A stretch of 64,000 nucleotides of DNA from Podarcis bocagei. Its lineage: Eukaryota. The position numbers and the translations under genes are program-made. Under the pieces are notes generated by a model, which saw only the letters and a list, made by a program, of their open reading frames with translations, ran no database searches and was not told the origin of the DNA. Where the stretch lies: assembly GCA_964188305.1 (NCBI GenBank), contig OZ076893.1, one strand, 5' to 3'. Positions 26,738-39,930 of the stretch are shown here, piece after piece. Positions within the stretch are counted from its first letter, which is position 1, and each line of letters begins with the position of its first letter.

Positions 26738-27894
26738 AGAAGAGCTTGTACAAAGCTTACACAAGGGCTGAATTGTGCCCTCAGCTTTTGTGTACGGAAA
26801 TGATGAATGACAGAATTGTTGAGCTGAACTTGGAAAGTTGCTGATGGCCTTCCCACCCAGCTCCTTCCACTGAGGCAGACAGAGGCTGAATACCACTGTA
26901 AAGGAAAATCATTCACCCGACAAGTGAGTGCACTTGGTAGAGTAATAGCTGGGAGAGACTTGAATGCTCTGTGTGTATGGAAGGTCAAACTAGATGATCT
27001 CAACATTCCTTTGAGACCTCAGAATCAATGAATTGTTGGTATGACGATAAGGTGAAAGCTGGTTAGCAACCTTTCCGACTCTGTTCAACAGATAACACAT
27101 AAGCATCTGCTGGAAAGGGCACAAGAGGAGCAGGCAGAAAAGATTAAGCTTTGGGTCAAAGTGGAAGATTCCCATAAGGTTTCGTCTCTATAGGAAGTAG
27201 AAGGTCAAGTGGCAGAACCTTGGGGAAATAACTGTCAAGAATCCTGGCTTTAATATGCCCAGGGAGTTTGTGGCACATACTTTTTGTTTCCTCAAAGTTG
27301 AGAAAAGTCATATTTCCTGAATCAGGCAATTGTGTTAGGAAAATGAGTCCAGCGTGACAAGAAAATGACAGTGGTACACTAGAAATCATTCCTCATTAAG
27401 GTTTCTTTTCAATATCAACCTAAGGACTACCAGGTTGAGGGATGTATTATATCCTGAGTAGGCAACATAACCTAGTTTAATTCTATCTTCTCCACCTACC
27501 CAGGGAATCCTGGTTATGTCTACTCAGAGTCAAACCTTGCTGATTCCACTGAACCGTGACAGAGGACAGTAACATTGCCTATGAAGCTTTGTGGTTTTGT
27601 ACAGATCTGAATCTGTGATGCCTCCATCAAATTTCAGCAAAACACAACAGTGGGCCTTGGTGCTCAACTCTGCTTCTCACATGAGCATGGGCTGCTGTAT
27701 AATGACTCTGTGGAGTCGACGTCCTGCCAAAACATGCACAACGCTGGAGACAGCTGTGAACCGGATTTAGGTTTCTCCTGGAATTCCATTATGAATAATC
27801 TATTACGTATTATTTTAATAATTTAGTATGTGTTGTTCAGGCCTTAAATGTGTATCCTGTACCTCTTACAATCAGAAATACAATGCAGACTGAA

Positions 27895-27914
27895 ATAATA
27901 ATAGTAATAATAGT

Positions 27915-27952
<38 letters not shown>

Positions 27953-27953
27953 C
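27895..27953. repeat. (AAT)n(AAC)n microsatellite, probably the tail of an antisense L2 remnant extending to ~28150
   Basis: Direct reading; downstream aaggccagggtataaaa resembles an antisense L2 end. Confidence 0.8.
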
Positions 27954-28193
27954 TTTGCCACAAGATCCCAGAGTAGCTCTCAGCAATGTAAAATACAATG
28001 TTAAAAACTTCATAGCAAATTAAAATCACAACTGGAGTGAGTATTGAAAATATACATCTCAAGGCCAGGGTATAAAAATAGACATGAACAGTGTCACTTT
28101 CTGGTTGGTGTGATGGAACTTGTAATTCCAGTCTCCTCATTGGTAAGAAATGATGTTCTGTTGAGCTGCCGGAGCACCTTGTGGGCACAGGGG

Positions 28194-28508
28194 CAGCAGC
28201 GGAGGAAGCCGTTCCGGCACCTGGGGCAGCACGCACTGCCCCTAGGGGTGGGGCACACCACGGAGCCTCCGGAGTCTGCCTGCCTCCTCCCACTCAGCCG
28301 CCCTACAACTGGGGGGAGACAGTGGGTGGACCGTTTGCTCAGCTCGGAGCCTGCGTGCGTCAAAACCACGCATCTCTCCCAGGAGAGACGCATAGCCCTG
28401 GGATGCTGCAGGCCCCGCGGTGAGTGCCACCCAGCATTTTGTCACCTTCCCTCACCCAGGACACCCGGGACGACCCGCACCCACTGCACCCCCTGTCCTC
28501 CAAACCTG
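28194..28508. mobile_element. GC-rich non-autonomous hAT (Tip100-like), 315 bp
   Basis: Perfect 8-bp TSD CACAGGGG at 28186-28193 and 28509-28516; imperfect TIRs CAGCAGCGGAGGAAG / TGTCCTCCAAACCTG. Confidence 0.8.
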
Positions 28509-29049
28509 CACAGGGGAAAGAGGAGGTAGCAGTGGTAAAAATGGTAGCAGACACTACGACTGCACTGCTCTATCCCTTGCAACATCTCGACAGTTAATCT
28601 AATATTCCTTTTCTGAGTTCAAACTGACAGGGTGGAAACTGTGATACTTTTGTAGCGGCTCATACAAAAACCAAACACAAACAAGAGATCAGGGCACATG
28701 GAGAGGATCTGGAGCAGAACACCTTCAATAGGGTAGTATAACAAGTGACTATGATACAAAAAGAATACAGTCAAATGCCGATTGATTCATTTTCATGCAC
28801 CACAGGCTCAGAAAACACAGATTGCTGATGTTGAATGCCAATAACTGACAGCAAAAGAATAGTAAGAACGATGACATGAGGCTCAACAAGAAACTGGTAA
28901 GGTGGTCAGTGTCCATGAATTGAGAGACAGGTTGTTAACCATAGTGCTGCATGCAGCCGCAGCAGTTAAGAGCGCAGGCAATGACAGTTGTATTTTGAGG
29001 TTTGCATTTACAGCAGGCAGCCTACGGAGTGACAAAAGGTCCACTGTAT

Positions 29050-29895
29050 TATTTCTTTATTTTTATTTCTTTATTAATTTTTTAAATTAATTTTCACATT
29101 TAAACATTTTCATCATATGCACCATAGCAAACAAATACAATTAAAAAAATAGAAAATAAAACATTTTCACACCTTATTAAATCCATATTTTGGAATTACT
29201 CAGATCCCTTAACTTCCCTCCATTCCCTCCCCTGGTTCTTTTATCTTATCTTGTATTGTAAAGGTAAAGGTAATGGGACCCCTGATAGTTAAGTCCAGTC
29301 GCGGATGACTCTGGGGTTGCGGTGCTCATCTCGCTTTACTGGCTGAGGGAGCCAGCATTTTGTCCGCAGACAGCTTCTGGGTCATGTGGCCAGCATGACT
29401 AAGCCGCTTCTGGCGAACCAGAGGAGCCAGAAACGCTGTTTACCTTCCCCCTGGAGCAGTACTATTTATCTACTTGCACTTTGACATGCTTTTGAACTGC
29501 TAGGTTGGCAGGAGCAGGGACCGAGCAATGGGAGCTCACCCCGTCGCAGGGATTCGAACCACCAACCTTCTGACCGGCAAGCCAGAGACTCTGTGGTTTA
29601 GACCACAGCGCCACCCGTGTCCCATCTTGTATTGTACATGTCTATAATTTCCTTATCCTTAATTATTTCCTATTTTGAACATTGTCCTTAATATTGCAAG
29701 TTTTTTTAAAAAAACCTGCTATTGTATTAACTTCTTTACAATGCTTTTGTATACATGCAATAAACATTTTCCATTTTTTAATATATATTTGTTGTCTTCT
29801 TGATTTCTTAGTCTTCCAGTTAATTTAGCCATTTCAGCATATTCCATTAATTTAAGTTGCCAATCTTCTTTAGTTGGGACTTGTTCTTCTTTCCA
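29050..29895 (-). mobile_element. L1 LINE 3' end (ORF2 C-terminus plus 3' UTR) interrupted by a Sauria SINE
   Basis: Minus strand translates WKEEQVPTKEDWQLKLMEYAEMAKLTGRLRNQED...KKWKMFI, typical of L1 ORF2 C-termini; G-rich 3' UTR tract and A-rich tail. Confidence 0.8.
29261..29623 (-). mobile_element. Sauria SINE, full length
   Basis: (ACCTTT)n tail, tRNA-derived head GGGACACGGGTGGCGCTGTGG; 13-bp TSD ATCTTGTATTGTA at 29248-29260 and 29624-29636. Confidence 0.95.
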
Positions 29896-30607
29896 GTGTT
29901 AAGCTATCAATGTCTGTGTAGCTGTTGTTGCGTATGTAAACAGATTTATGTATTCTTTCGGTATAACCATTCCAGTTATATCTATTACCTATTACTATAT
30001 TATTTCTTTAGGCACGTATACCACCTGTTAGAGACAATTTGGCACATGCCCAAATTGTCACCAGAAGGTAAAGCAGAAGAAATGTTTGAAACTGCAGCCA
30101 AGTATGGTGAAAAACACATTGTAGCCTGCAAGCTAAAAGTAATACGTGGTCAGCAGACACACTCTGGATGTGAGTCTGAGAAGCTATGGGTTTAATTGGT
30201 CCCCAAAGCACTCACAAAACAACCCCCCACCCATATTGGTTATACTAAAGACTCCAGGCAAGCAGTAGCACTCAAAGAGCATTCTATCATATTGGGGTTG
30301 GGTGGTAGTGGTGGTTTGTTTGTTTGTTTGTTTGGCTATTGAAATGGGAAACTATTATCAAATTTCCAGTGCACATCAACTCAATTAGGAGTTCATATCT
30401 TCCTCACTCTTTTTGTCCCACCCTCACTTTTTGTAATTGCCGCCTCACTAATGTTAGTCAGTATCTCCCAACTGAATTTATTGAAGTTATATAAATTGCT
30501 TCTAACAACTTTTCTTATTTTGTTTGTGTATCATTGTATTATCTGTGCATTCTTAAGCCTAGCATATGCAGAATATATTTCATGAGGAAATGTATAAAAT
30601 ACTTGTA

Positions 30608-30822
30608 CAGTGGTACCTCGGGTTACATACGTTTCAGATTACATACGCTTCAGGTTACAGACTCCGCTATCTTTGCTTCAGGATGAGAACAGAAATCGTG
30701 CAGCGGCGGCACAGCAGCAGCAGGAGGCCCCATTAGCTAAAGTGGTGCTTCAGGTTAAGAACAGTTTCAGGTTAAGAATGGACCTCCGGAACAAATTAAG
30801 TATTTAACCCAAGGTGCCACTG
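30608..30822. mobile_element. Tc1/mariner (Tigger/pogo-like) MITE, second copy
   Basis: TIRs CAGTGGTACCTCGGGTTA / TAACCCAAGGTGCCACTG, TA flanks, high identity to 6626-6851. Confidence 0.9.
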
Positions 30823-30979
30823 TATACTGTAATTTCTCTTTTTTTAAAAAAAGTAAGCTTACAATAATTATGTATACAATAAAACCCTCATATAACTAAA
30901 AACATAGATCACTGGCTAACTGCACTGAATTAAGCTGCAAAGGTACAATGTGCTAGGCATGATTATCAATGCAAAACAT

Positions 30980-31075
30980 CTTTTGATGTTTAACAGACCA
31001 CTGTATTTTAATATTTTGTTGGAAGCCACCCAGAGTGGCTGGGGAAACCCAGCCAGATGGGCGGGGTATAAACAA

Positions 31076-31115
<40 letters not shown>
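30980..31115 (+). mobile_element. L2 3' tail with (TTA)n
   Basis: ggaagccacccagagtggctggggaaacccagccagatgggcggggtataa, same family as 12652-12909. Confidence 0.8.
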
Positions 31116-31116
<1 letters not shown>

Positions 31117-31164
31117 GAAGAAGAAGAATCTTGTTTCCTCCCAGTGGCTAGTACTGTGGACAAA

Positions 31165-31256
31165 CGCCAGCTCCCTTGGCCTGAAGCAAGATGAGCATTG
31201 CAACCCCATAGTCGCCTTTGACTGAACTTAGCGGTCCAGGGGTCCTTTACCTTTAC
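31165..31256 (+). mobile_element. 5'-truncated Sauria SINE
   Basis: cgccagctcccttggcc...gatgagcattgcaaccccatagtcgcctttgactg...cctttacctttac. Confidence 0.85.
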
Positions 31257-32089
31257 GAAAGGAGTGCACTGTATTTCCACTTTTGCCTACTAAATGAACT
31301 ATTAAAAATGAAACAATATAAAGTAAGAAACAAAAATGGGGACAAGTGTCTTCTTCAGATCGTTGTTAACTTTCATCTCTTCTGGTGTCTTCAGAATTTC
31401 TCTTTACCTAATTTTTAGCTTCCTCTGCATTGGACTGCTCGTGTTTACACTCATTTAGGCAAGTCGTTTACCTCCTGTTCTACATACCAGTTGACAGATG
31501 TATCTTTTTCATTTCAGATGCTGTTTAAGCCTTGGGCACTGCTTACTGGAGAGATTTATTCAGCTCTGGGATCCAACTACTGGAAAAGTACTTTGTATTC
31601 AATATTTGCCACTTGTTCCGTACATCAAGTTTCCACACACCCTTAAGCTTGCAGAGGCACAGCAGAGCTACTGTGAGCTTTGTTTGTATTTTAGCTGATT
31701 TTGAATTTTGCATGCAGATCTGCAGAATGGATTCTGCCGTATTTCATTAGGCTTTCAAGTGCTTCTGCCATAGCAACACGAATCACCTATAGAGAGTTTG
31801 CATACATCCAATCTCACTCTTAAACACTGGTATTATGCACTTTATTCTCCCCCGCTTTATTTCCTCCATGGCTTTGCAGACTGTTAGCAGCAAAGAAGTG
31901 GTGAAATGTTTGCTGTACCTTCCATTCTCTGGCACCGCCGCCGCCTGCCCCAGCTCTGTTAAATTATTGATTCATGAGACCCATTCATTCAGACACCAGT
32001 AAAAGCATTGTAAGACGAACCCCTCTTTCTAGTCTTTTGGCTGAGCTAAATAAGCTTGTGAACAAACTGGACCACCCTTTATACAGCTT

Positions 32090-32265
32090 CCACTGAATTC
32101 TGAAGAGCAACCTCTTTACCCTGGCTTTTAACACTTGTTGGGTACATTTTTAGGACCAATCTTATTCTTGTGATTGAGAATTGTTTTAAACTGTTTTATT
32201 GTTGTAATCTGCCCTGGGACATTAGGGTAAAGGATGAGTAACATTGATACTAATAATACTAATAT
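32090..32265 (+). mobile_element. Degenerate L2 3' end
   Basis: ctctttaccctggctttta ... tgtaatctgccctgggac ... AAT-rich tail. Confidence 0.45.
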
Positions 32266-32790
32266 TGGACTAATAATATTGAATGCACAGTTAGCATATA
32301 AACTCAGGGAAAAACCAGAATTGTCCTGTAATTTGGGTATGTCTTTCTTCCAATATCAGTGTTGGGTGGCTGTGAGTTTGCATGGAAGAATGGTGATGGA
32401 GACAGGTGCTTTCTCCCTCTGGTCATTTCCCTGTCCAAAATCATCTGAAATCTGCTTTGGTGTTCTGTTTTTCGCCTCAGGCCAACTACAGCATCTTGGA
32501 GGACACTTTTGAGGGGAGAAACAACTATAGGAGGAAAGTCTGTACAGCCTCTTCCCTATTCTTCTGTTCACCTTTGCATTCTGCCAATACTGCTTTTGAA
32601 TGTTGGAAGAAGAAAAAATACATGGTACTTAAATGGCATGTCTAATTTACTATGTCCACAGTTGGCTGATAAGAGGTAACCAGCTATCATATCTTATTTC
32701 TCTGTGTAAGCTACACTGACAATCAATAAAGATGGGTTGCTGGGAGGTAACGCAGAAGCAGATGTGCTCCATGTAGACCCGGCGATGAAA

Positions 32791-32995
32791 CGGAGTGGTG
32801 TAGCAGTCAGAATGTTAGGCTAAGACCTGTCAGGCTGGAGTTCTAGTCCCCATTCAGCCATGACCTCACTGGGTGAACTTTGACCAGTCACTCTCTCATC
32901 CTAACCCACTTCATGGGGCTGTTATGAGGATAAAATGGGTAGAGGGAGAACCATGTGACCACTTTGAGCTACTTGGAGGGAAAGGTGGGAATACT
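32791..32995 (+). mobile_element. tRNA-derived CORE-type SINE (Squam2/Anolis SINE2-like)
   Basis: A box gtggtgtagcagtcag, B box gagttctagtccc, core ctcactgggtgaactttgaccagtcac, tail gaggataaaatgg...gaaccatgtgaccactttgagctacttggagg. Confidence 0.75.
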
Positions 32996-35900
32996 GAGGG
33001 TGATGCTCCTGGAATATATTTTTGTTCCCATTGGTAACTATGTTGTACATTGGACATGTGACATAGAAGATATGTGATGGGACCTTCCGATATTAAAAGC
33101 ATCAGTGGGGAAGGAAATCCAGTTGGCTCTGGAGAGTGATGCTAGGAAAGAGTGTGTTTAAGTCTTTATGCCCCTCCCATTACTATTGTTCTCTCAAAAG
33201 CTGCCATTTGGCCCCATGAGTAAAAAACAAAAATCAGAAATGATATGGTACCTATCTCCCCTGCCCCCCAGCAAGGCTAATAATAGCTTCAAGGTGGGTG
33301 GCAATTTTAGTTGGAGACATGACATTGGTGAAGGATTAAACACCCCCTTCCCTAGCCTTTTTCTTACATTAGATTGAGTGACTGATCTTCCACATCACAT
33401 CTGTCTTGGCTTTTACATAAAAGCAACTCAAGTCCATTTAGGGCCCAGCCACACTTCTGTTTGACCCAGCTGCTTTGCCCCACCCAAGAAAACCTGCAGT
33501 TTAGCACTGAATCAGAGAAAATGGCAATTGGGTTTTCTGTGAATTGCTGTTTGTTCTGATTTATCACAGAAGAGTGGGTTTTTCAGGGGAAAGCGGCAGG
33601 ACAAGAGCAAAGCCACTTGGACCCATACATAGAAATCACAGGACAAGCAGAAAACTGCTCAGATGCAAGCTTTCTTGGTATGGGACAAGCAGAAGTGTGG
33701 GTGATCCCTTATTTCAATGGGTCGGACTTCTGATCATGACTAATGTGGAATATCACTCTTTGTGCCCAAGTATTCAAAATTATCTGGTTTCTGCAGAATT
33801 CTGTTGTCAGTCTGCATTGCAGGCTGCTGCTGCTGCTCAGCCCATTCCAGATCATCCATTTTCTTCTAAAACATACCATTAATTCTCAGACCAACCCAAG
33901 ATCCCCAAGGAGGCAGTGGCTGCTGTGGCATTCTTTATTTCATTTATGAACCACTTCCTAGAAACGTCTCCAAGCTTAGCTTCTCTAAAGACTTGGCAGG
34001 TAAAGATGGGAGAACTGAAGCTTCCTAAAAGCTTTGTCCATCAAGGGTAGATGGAGAGCAAAGGGCAAAGGTGGTGTTCCTCTGAATAGCTGGATCTTGA
34101 ACTGTTTGGCAAGCCAATTAATATTTCTTTGGTCCGCCCCCCCCCTTGGTTGATTTGCTAAAGTAAAAATATACTGCATACTTTCAAAAGTGCTGTGGCT
34201 TCTTATTCAAGTTTTAGAGGCACGTAGCTACATGAAGAACATTCATGCAGATTAAGTGCTCTTTGGAGTATTAGAAACCATTTAATCTGTATAAATATGC
34301 TTTAGGGTTGTTCAGTTTCTCGGTTTTTACAACACCTTGAGAAGGAGCTGCAACGGATAGGGAGTTGCGCAAAGCATTTATTTAAAGAAAGATATACAAT
34401 CAGCAGCAAACTTAGTTTCCCAGTAGCTAACGTCAGAGCAGTAGCTTCTTTTCCTATGTTTTTTGTATTTCATTTGTTCTCTATTAAGGTCGGCAACAAA
34501 CCTGATTTCATATTATATACGCCATTAGATTCAAAATTCAGTTTTATAACTGTTGATTCTGATGATAAGCTTGAGCTATGCTTTAAGTACTGAACAGTTT
34601 TACTTTGAAAATCAATGTGCCAGTAAGGATTTACACTTTTAAACAGCCAATTGTAAACAGTACTTATTTCCTAATCTACCCAAATACCTTTGCTTAATAC
34701 ATCACAAAGGGCTACCTTTCAGATTTCCATTGAATCTAATTTCATTTTTAATGGAGCTGAAAGAAATAATGTGTGACACTGTACCAAGAGCATAATATTG
34801 GAATGTCAACTATTTTGCTTTTGGGGCTTACATCGCCATTTAGTCTAATAACTCCTTACACTATAGTTTAATTATTTCCAAAAATAGAGAGCGCAAGCTT
34901 GTATTGAGGAGCATTCCCAGAGGACAGCTTACATACCCTGAGAGGAATCCATGCTCTAAATTTAACAAATGTAGCTGTGTGTCAGAGTATAACAAGCTTT
35001 GTCCAAGGATTTAATCTAAAACATTTCAGTTGCCATTTGCAACAAATAACGAGAACAAAATTATGTGTGCCACTTCTGATATAACACTTCACTATGGTTT
35101 CTGGACCTATTTCCATGGGAGCAGAGTCATACAGATGTTTCATCTGAATGAACAATCACATTCTTATAAAACAAATATTCTGGAGCCCAGTTTCAGTTCA
35201 AGAGATGGATCACAATAAAATTACAAGGAAGACCCATTCAGATGAAATATTGCTTTGTATGCAGCAAAGGGGATCATCTAAGATCCGACTCATGAATGAA
35301 CACTTTTTTATCTTATTTTTAAGAATGCAACATTAATCCTATGCATCTGCTCAGACTACTCTGTTTTATTTACTAGGAATATGTTACCATGTCATCTGTT
35401 GTCATTAACATTATCATCATCACAATCATATATTGTTTCTAGGAGCTTCAGGAAGAACTGAACCATCTATATACACTATTGATCAGTTCGGAAGTAAGTC
35501 CCATTCAATCAATGGGGTTTACTTCCAGGTATTGGGTGAAGGTGTTCATTAATTTTGTGTGTTCATTAATTTCAATTAGGATGTGTTATAAAAGTGCAGC
35601 ATATATTTTCAGCCTTATACTTTTCATACATATTTCATACATATTTGGGCAGGCATCATGGCATGAAAATCCAGCATACTGAAGATTTGGGGCTATCCAT
35701 CCTATTACCAGACACACTAAGTTCTGTTCATGACCTGCCATATTCTGTCAGGATTCCACCCCCCGCATCTCATCCTCTCTCTACCCCTGGCTAGTCACTG
35801 CTTCTGTATTGCTTAAATCTAACATTGACAATGTGTCGATGGGAGGATAGGCATGGAAGGAAAAGCTGCAGCAGGAGAACTGTTATTAAGAAGCTGATGG

Positions 35901-36022
35901 GAACAGAGGAGGACTAATCAAGAGGAGGACTATTGTAGAGAGAGAAACAGTGAGAGTTCTTGGGAATGGGACAAGATGAAGGGTGGTTAGCAGCACACAT
36001 CTCAGGATTTTGAGAAAGCTCT

Positions 36023-36175
36023 NNNNNNNNNNNNNNNNNNNNNNNNNNNNNNNNNNNNNNNNNNNNNNNNNNNNNNNNNNNNNNNNNNNNNNNNNNNNNN
36101 NNNNNNNNNNNNNNNNNNNNNNNNNNNNNNNNNNNNNNNNNNNNNNNNNNNNNNNNNNNNNNNNNNNNNNNNNNN
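36023..36175. other. Assembly gap (153 N)
   Basis: Run of N. Confidence 1.
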
Positions 36176-37406
36176 TTTACACCTTTCTAAAGATTCCAGT
36201 GTATAATTTTTAGGCTCAGAAGTAGCAATTAAGTTCCAAAAGGCCAATGGTTTCAGAAGATCATTGCTTTCCTGAACATGTGAACATTTGTCCTTTAGGC
36301 CTCTTGAAACTGAACTCAGTGGTGGAGTGGGAAGATGGATGTCTGGCCCACCAATTACTCTTTGAGTTCATCTGAGAAGGTGCAAAGTCAGTTGCTCTAC
36401 ACACTATAAGCAAATCTGTCAACCATAATTTAATAACATATAGTGTTAATTATTACCAAAATGGGGGGGGGGGTTCCCCAAGATATATAGGACTTAAATG
36501 CAGTTGTTTGTTTCCCAATATATAATAATTATATCAGTAATTATCACACAGTGCCCTCTGCTATTAATATTATATTTCAGTGGCTGCTTAAAGAGAGCTC
36601 TGCACACACCACAGAACATGCTGCCATAGAAAGGGAGGGCAACGTTTGCTACTGTCATTTGAAATGACAATTAGACCTATTCTGTGAGACAAAGGCTTTA
36701 TTCATGACTGACCTATACCCTGTATATGCTCAGTTTTCCCCTATAATTTTTAAATTTGATGCTGCGTAGAATACATTGCTGGTGCCTCAAATTCATCAAA
36801 ATGGTTTTAATTGTTGTGTAATAGGGAATTTACCAATACGTTGTCAAGATGAAGGGAACAGGGAACAAACATAACATAAATCCACAAAAAAGCATTTGGG
36901 GATGAAACCAGATCCAGACAGGGCATGCGCGGAAGAAAGTCATGGTAATTGTTAGGGGAATCACCATCACTGAGCACTTCTAGTAAATGCATATGAAAAA
37001 AACTGGACACTTCCTTGCAAAAGCTGATGGGAATAAGAAACAGCTGGGGGGGAGCTGGTGTGAGAAAAAGCATTTTCTGTAAGTATTGCTGCTACATAGA
37101 TGTCATCAGCTCTCGAGGCTGCATATCTGCAACTATTCCTGGTGCTTTAGCAAGGGCTTGGACAAGGTCATGCAGATGTGCCTTTTGGAGCAGCAGATAA
37201 TTTAATTGTCCACAGTTATTCTGGCAGGAAAGGCTCCTCTGCCATGGGGATGGTGTTCTGCTCACCCTAAGAACAAAAAGGGAAATGCAATTAAAGAGTC
37301 CTGTATCCACCTCTACCTTTGTCCCTTTCCCAGACTTCTGCTGGGAGTGGGTGGAGAGAATCACATGAGAAACCCCCTTTCCTACAACAGTTTCATTGTT
37401 CTAGAT

Positions 37407-37542
37407 CAGGCACCCCCAACCTGCGGCCCTCCAGATGTTTTGGCCTACAACTCCCATGATCCCTAGCTTACAGGACCAGTGGTCAGGGATGATGGGAACT
37501 GTAGTTCAAAACATCTGGAGGGCCGAAGGTTGGGGATGCATG
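37407..37542. mobile_element. Short palindromic hAT (Charlie-type) MITE, best-preserved copy
   Basis: TIRs CAGGCACCCCCAACCT / AGGTTGGGGATGCATG; perfect 8-bp TSD TTCTAGAT at 37399-37406 and 37543-37550. Confidence 0.92.
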
Positions 37543-38880
37543 TTCTAGATGTTCTGTTCTCTTCCAGCTCCTAAGTCTCCTGAAGACCCCACCTGCCTGT
37601 CATCTTCCCAGGTTTTCAGAGGTAGCCCAACTCCTTACACAGCTGTAATTGGTGGGCTGAGAAGAGGCAGCTCTGGTCAATCACCAATGTATCTGACCTA
37701 TCAGAACGTGCCTACCCATGAATGCTATCATAAAACAACACAAGTGGGGTGATCATGCTGGACAAGATGAGATAGGTGCTTACAGGTAGCAAAAGGTTGG
37801 AGGAGGTACATAGCAAACATTTCCAGGTCAGATGTGTATGGTGTGAGACCGATTGAGCCACAACACATTCTTCCTGCTTTGGAGTAGGAGTCTTGTTATG
37901 TCCAAGGCAAATGAGTCTTAGTCTGTGCCAGTGATAAAAACAGCATTTCCCCCATAGGAAGGTAACTACAAGGCCTCCAGTCAATCTGAGGCTGTTTCCA
38001 TTGTCCCCTGAAGTATGTGTGCATCAGACATTTATTCAGCTCAGAGGACATTTACTTTGCAATTAGACTGAGGATCATCTTGCCCGGCTCTGCAAAAGAG
38101 AAGTAAAGATTTCTCCTCCTTCGCATCTGGTCCTGTCTTTCTGAACCTTAGCTGTCAGGAACGCAACTACAAGGGTCCTTAAGAGGAAATACACGTCTGC
38201 CCATTTTAATCTTATTCCTCTCGCCCTTAATTTCCTTTGTTCACAGTGGATAAATAAAAAGATTAATTATTGCACATTCCTGAAGCACCGCTTGGCTCTA
38301 AATTAGATCAGGTTGGGAGTTTTGCCTCATTACAGCACTTCTCCCAAGCTGCCAGCAAGACTTTCGCCTCTGTCACTTATCCGCTGGATGTGCCGCAAGT
38401 CCTTACAATTAAACTGTAAATCCCACATGATCATCCTTCAAGCAGAAGGAGCAGTCTGTCCATCTGAGTTTTCTTTTTAAGGGTTGGGGGGAATGGATAT
38501 AATTTTGTCAAAATAAATAAGCTTTGCTTCAAAACAAAGATTGGCAGCCCAATCCTTGGCACGTTTGCTCAGAATGAAGTCCATCTGTGTTCAGTGGCAC
38601 CTACGCTCTTGTAAGTGTGCTCAGCAGGACTGCTTTCTTAAACTGAGAGCAAGCTTTGTCTGAAATCTGCAGCACAAAACATGGCAGGAGGGATTGTTCT
38701 GATCAGAAATTAAAGCTGGCTTTAAAGTTTACTGGATTGGTCTTTCTTGAGTTTCAGGAACTCCTTCTAGCGAGAATATTTTTGGGGGCTTTTTGGAGAA
38801 GCATGTTCTTCTTTTTCTTCTTCTGTGGTAAGGAAAGTGGTCCAGTGAAAAATGACTTGACCCCTAACAGCTATGTAGAG

Positions 38881-39017
38881 CAGAGGTGAAGGAGCTATAG
38901 CCCTCCAAATGTTGCTGCACTGTGACTTCTATAACCCCTGGCCATTGGCTATGCTGGCTAGGGCTGATGGGATTTGGACTCCAACAACAACATCTTGAAG
39001 GCCACAGGCCATCTCTG
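38881..39017. mobile_element. Short palindromic hAT MITE, degenerate
   Basis: gccctccaaatgttgctg ... gctgatggga...caacaacatcttgaaggcc. Confidence 0.6.
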
Positions 39018-39108
39018 CTGCATAGAATCACAGTCTGCACAAACAGTTACATAAGAGGAAGTCAACTCCACTCAAAGTCTTTGGTGTCTCATGGAAACAG
39101 AACATCAG

Positions 39109-39109
<1 letters not shown>

Positions 39110-39150
<41 letters not shown>
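39110..39150. repeat. (CA)n microsatellite
   Basis: Direct reading. Confidence 0.95.
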
Positions 39151-39152
<2 letters not shown>

Positions 39153-39422
39153 CTCACACATTCTTTTCCATCTCCTTCCACTTTATTTGTAAGTTCTAGC
39201 AGATTTGCAAAGCTAATCAAATGTTAATTGGCTTGTCTGGTACAAAGCTGTTATGTCAATCAGCTCTTGCAGTGCTTATCTTTATCTTACTGCTAATAAC
39301 TTTTAACTAGGAAATCTCAACAAATAAATATATACTTTGTGGTACTTTTGATGACATAATCAGAACAACACCAATACAAGCTTGCAGAAGAAGATGAAAA
39401 AGCATTAGAAAGTAGATCTTGG

Positions 39423-39930
39423 CAGTGACTTTTTCAGGAGGTACTTAAGGGTTGGACACAGGTGGCGCTGTGGGTAAATCCTCAGCGCCTAGGGCTTGCC
39501 GATCGCTTGGTCGGCGGTTCGAATCCCCGCAGTGGGGTGAGCTCCCGTCTGCGGTCCCAGCTCCTGCCCACCTAGCAGTTCAAAAGCACCCCTAAGTGCA
39601 AGTAGATAAATAGGTACCGCTTTCTAGCGGGAAGGTAAACGGCGTTTCCGTGTGCTGCGCTGGTGCCGGCTCGCCAGAGCAGCTTCGTCACGCTGGCCAC
39701 GGGACCCGGAAGTGTCTCCAGAGAGCGCTGGCCCCCGGCCTCTTAAGTGAGATGGGCGCACAACCCTAGAGTCGGACACGACTGGCCCGTACGGGCAGGG
39801 ATACCTTTACCTTACCTTTACTTAAGGGTATGCAGTACTGGCACATCCTTTTTTGTTGTTAAAAAGTGAAGCTCTCTCTAACAACTTTATGTTGAGAAGT
39901 GGCACCTATTTTTCTGGGAAAACAGCACTG
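39423..39930. mobile_element. hAT MITE split by a Sauria SINE
   Basis: Ends CAGTGACTTTTTC / GAAAACAGCACTG; perfect 8-bp TSD GATCTTGG at 39415-39422 and 39931-39938. Confidence 0.85.
39454..39818 (+). mobile_element. Sauria SINE, full length, CpG-rich (young) variant subfamily
   Basis: GGTGGCGCTGTGGG A box, GGTTCGAATCCC B box, ACCTTT tail; TSD TACTTAAGGGT at 39442-39452 and 39819-39829. Confidence 0.95.
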
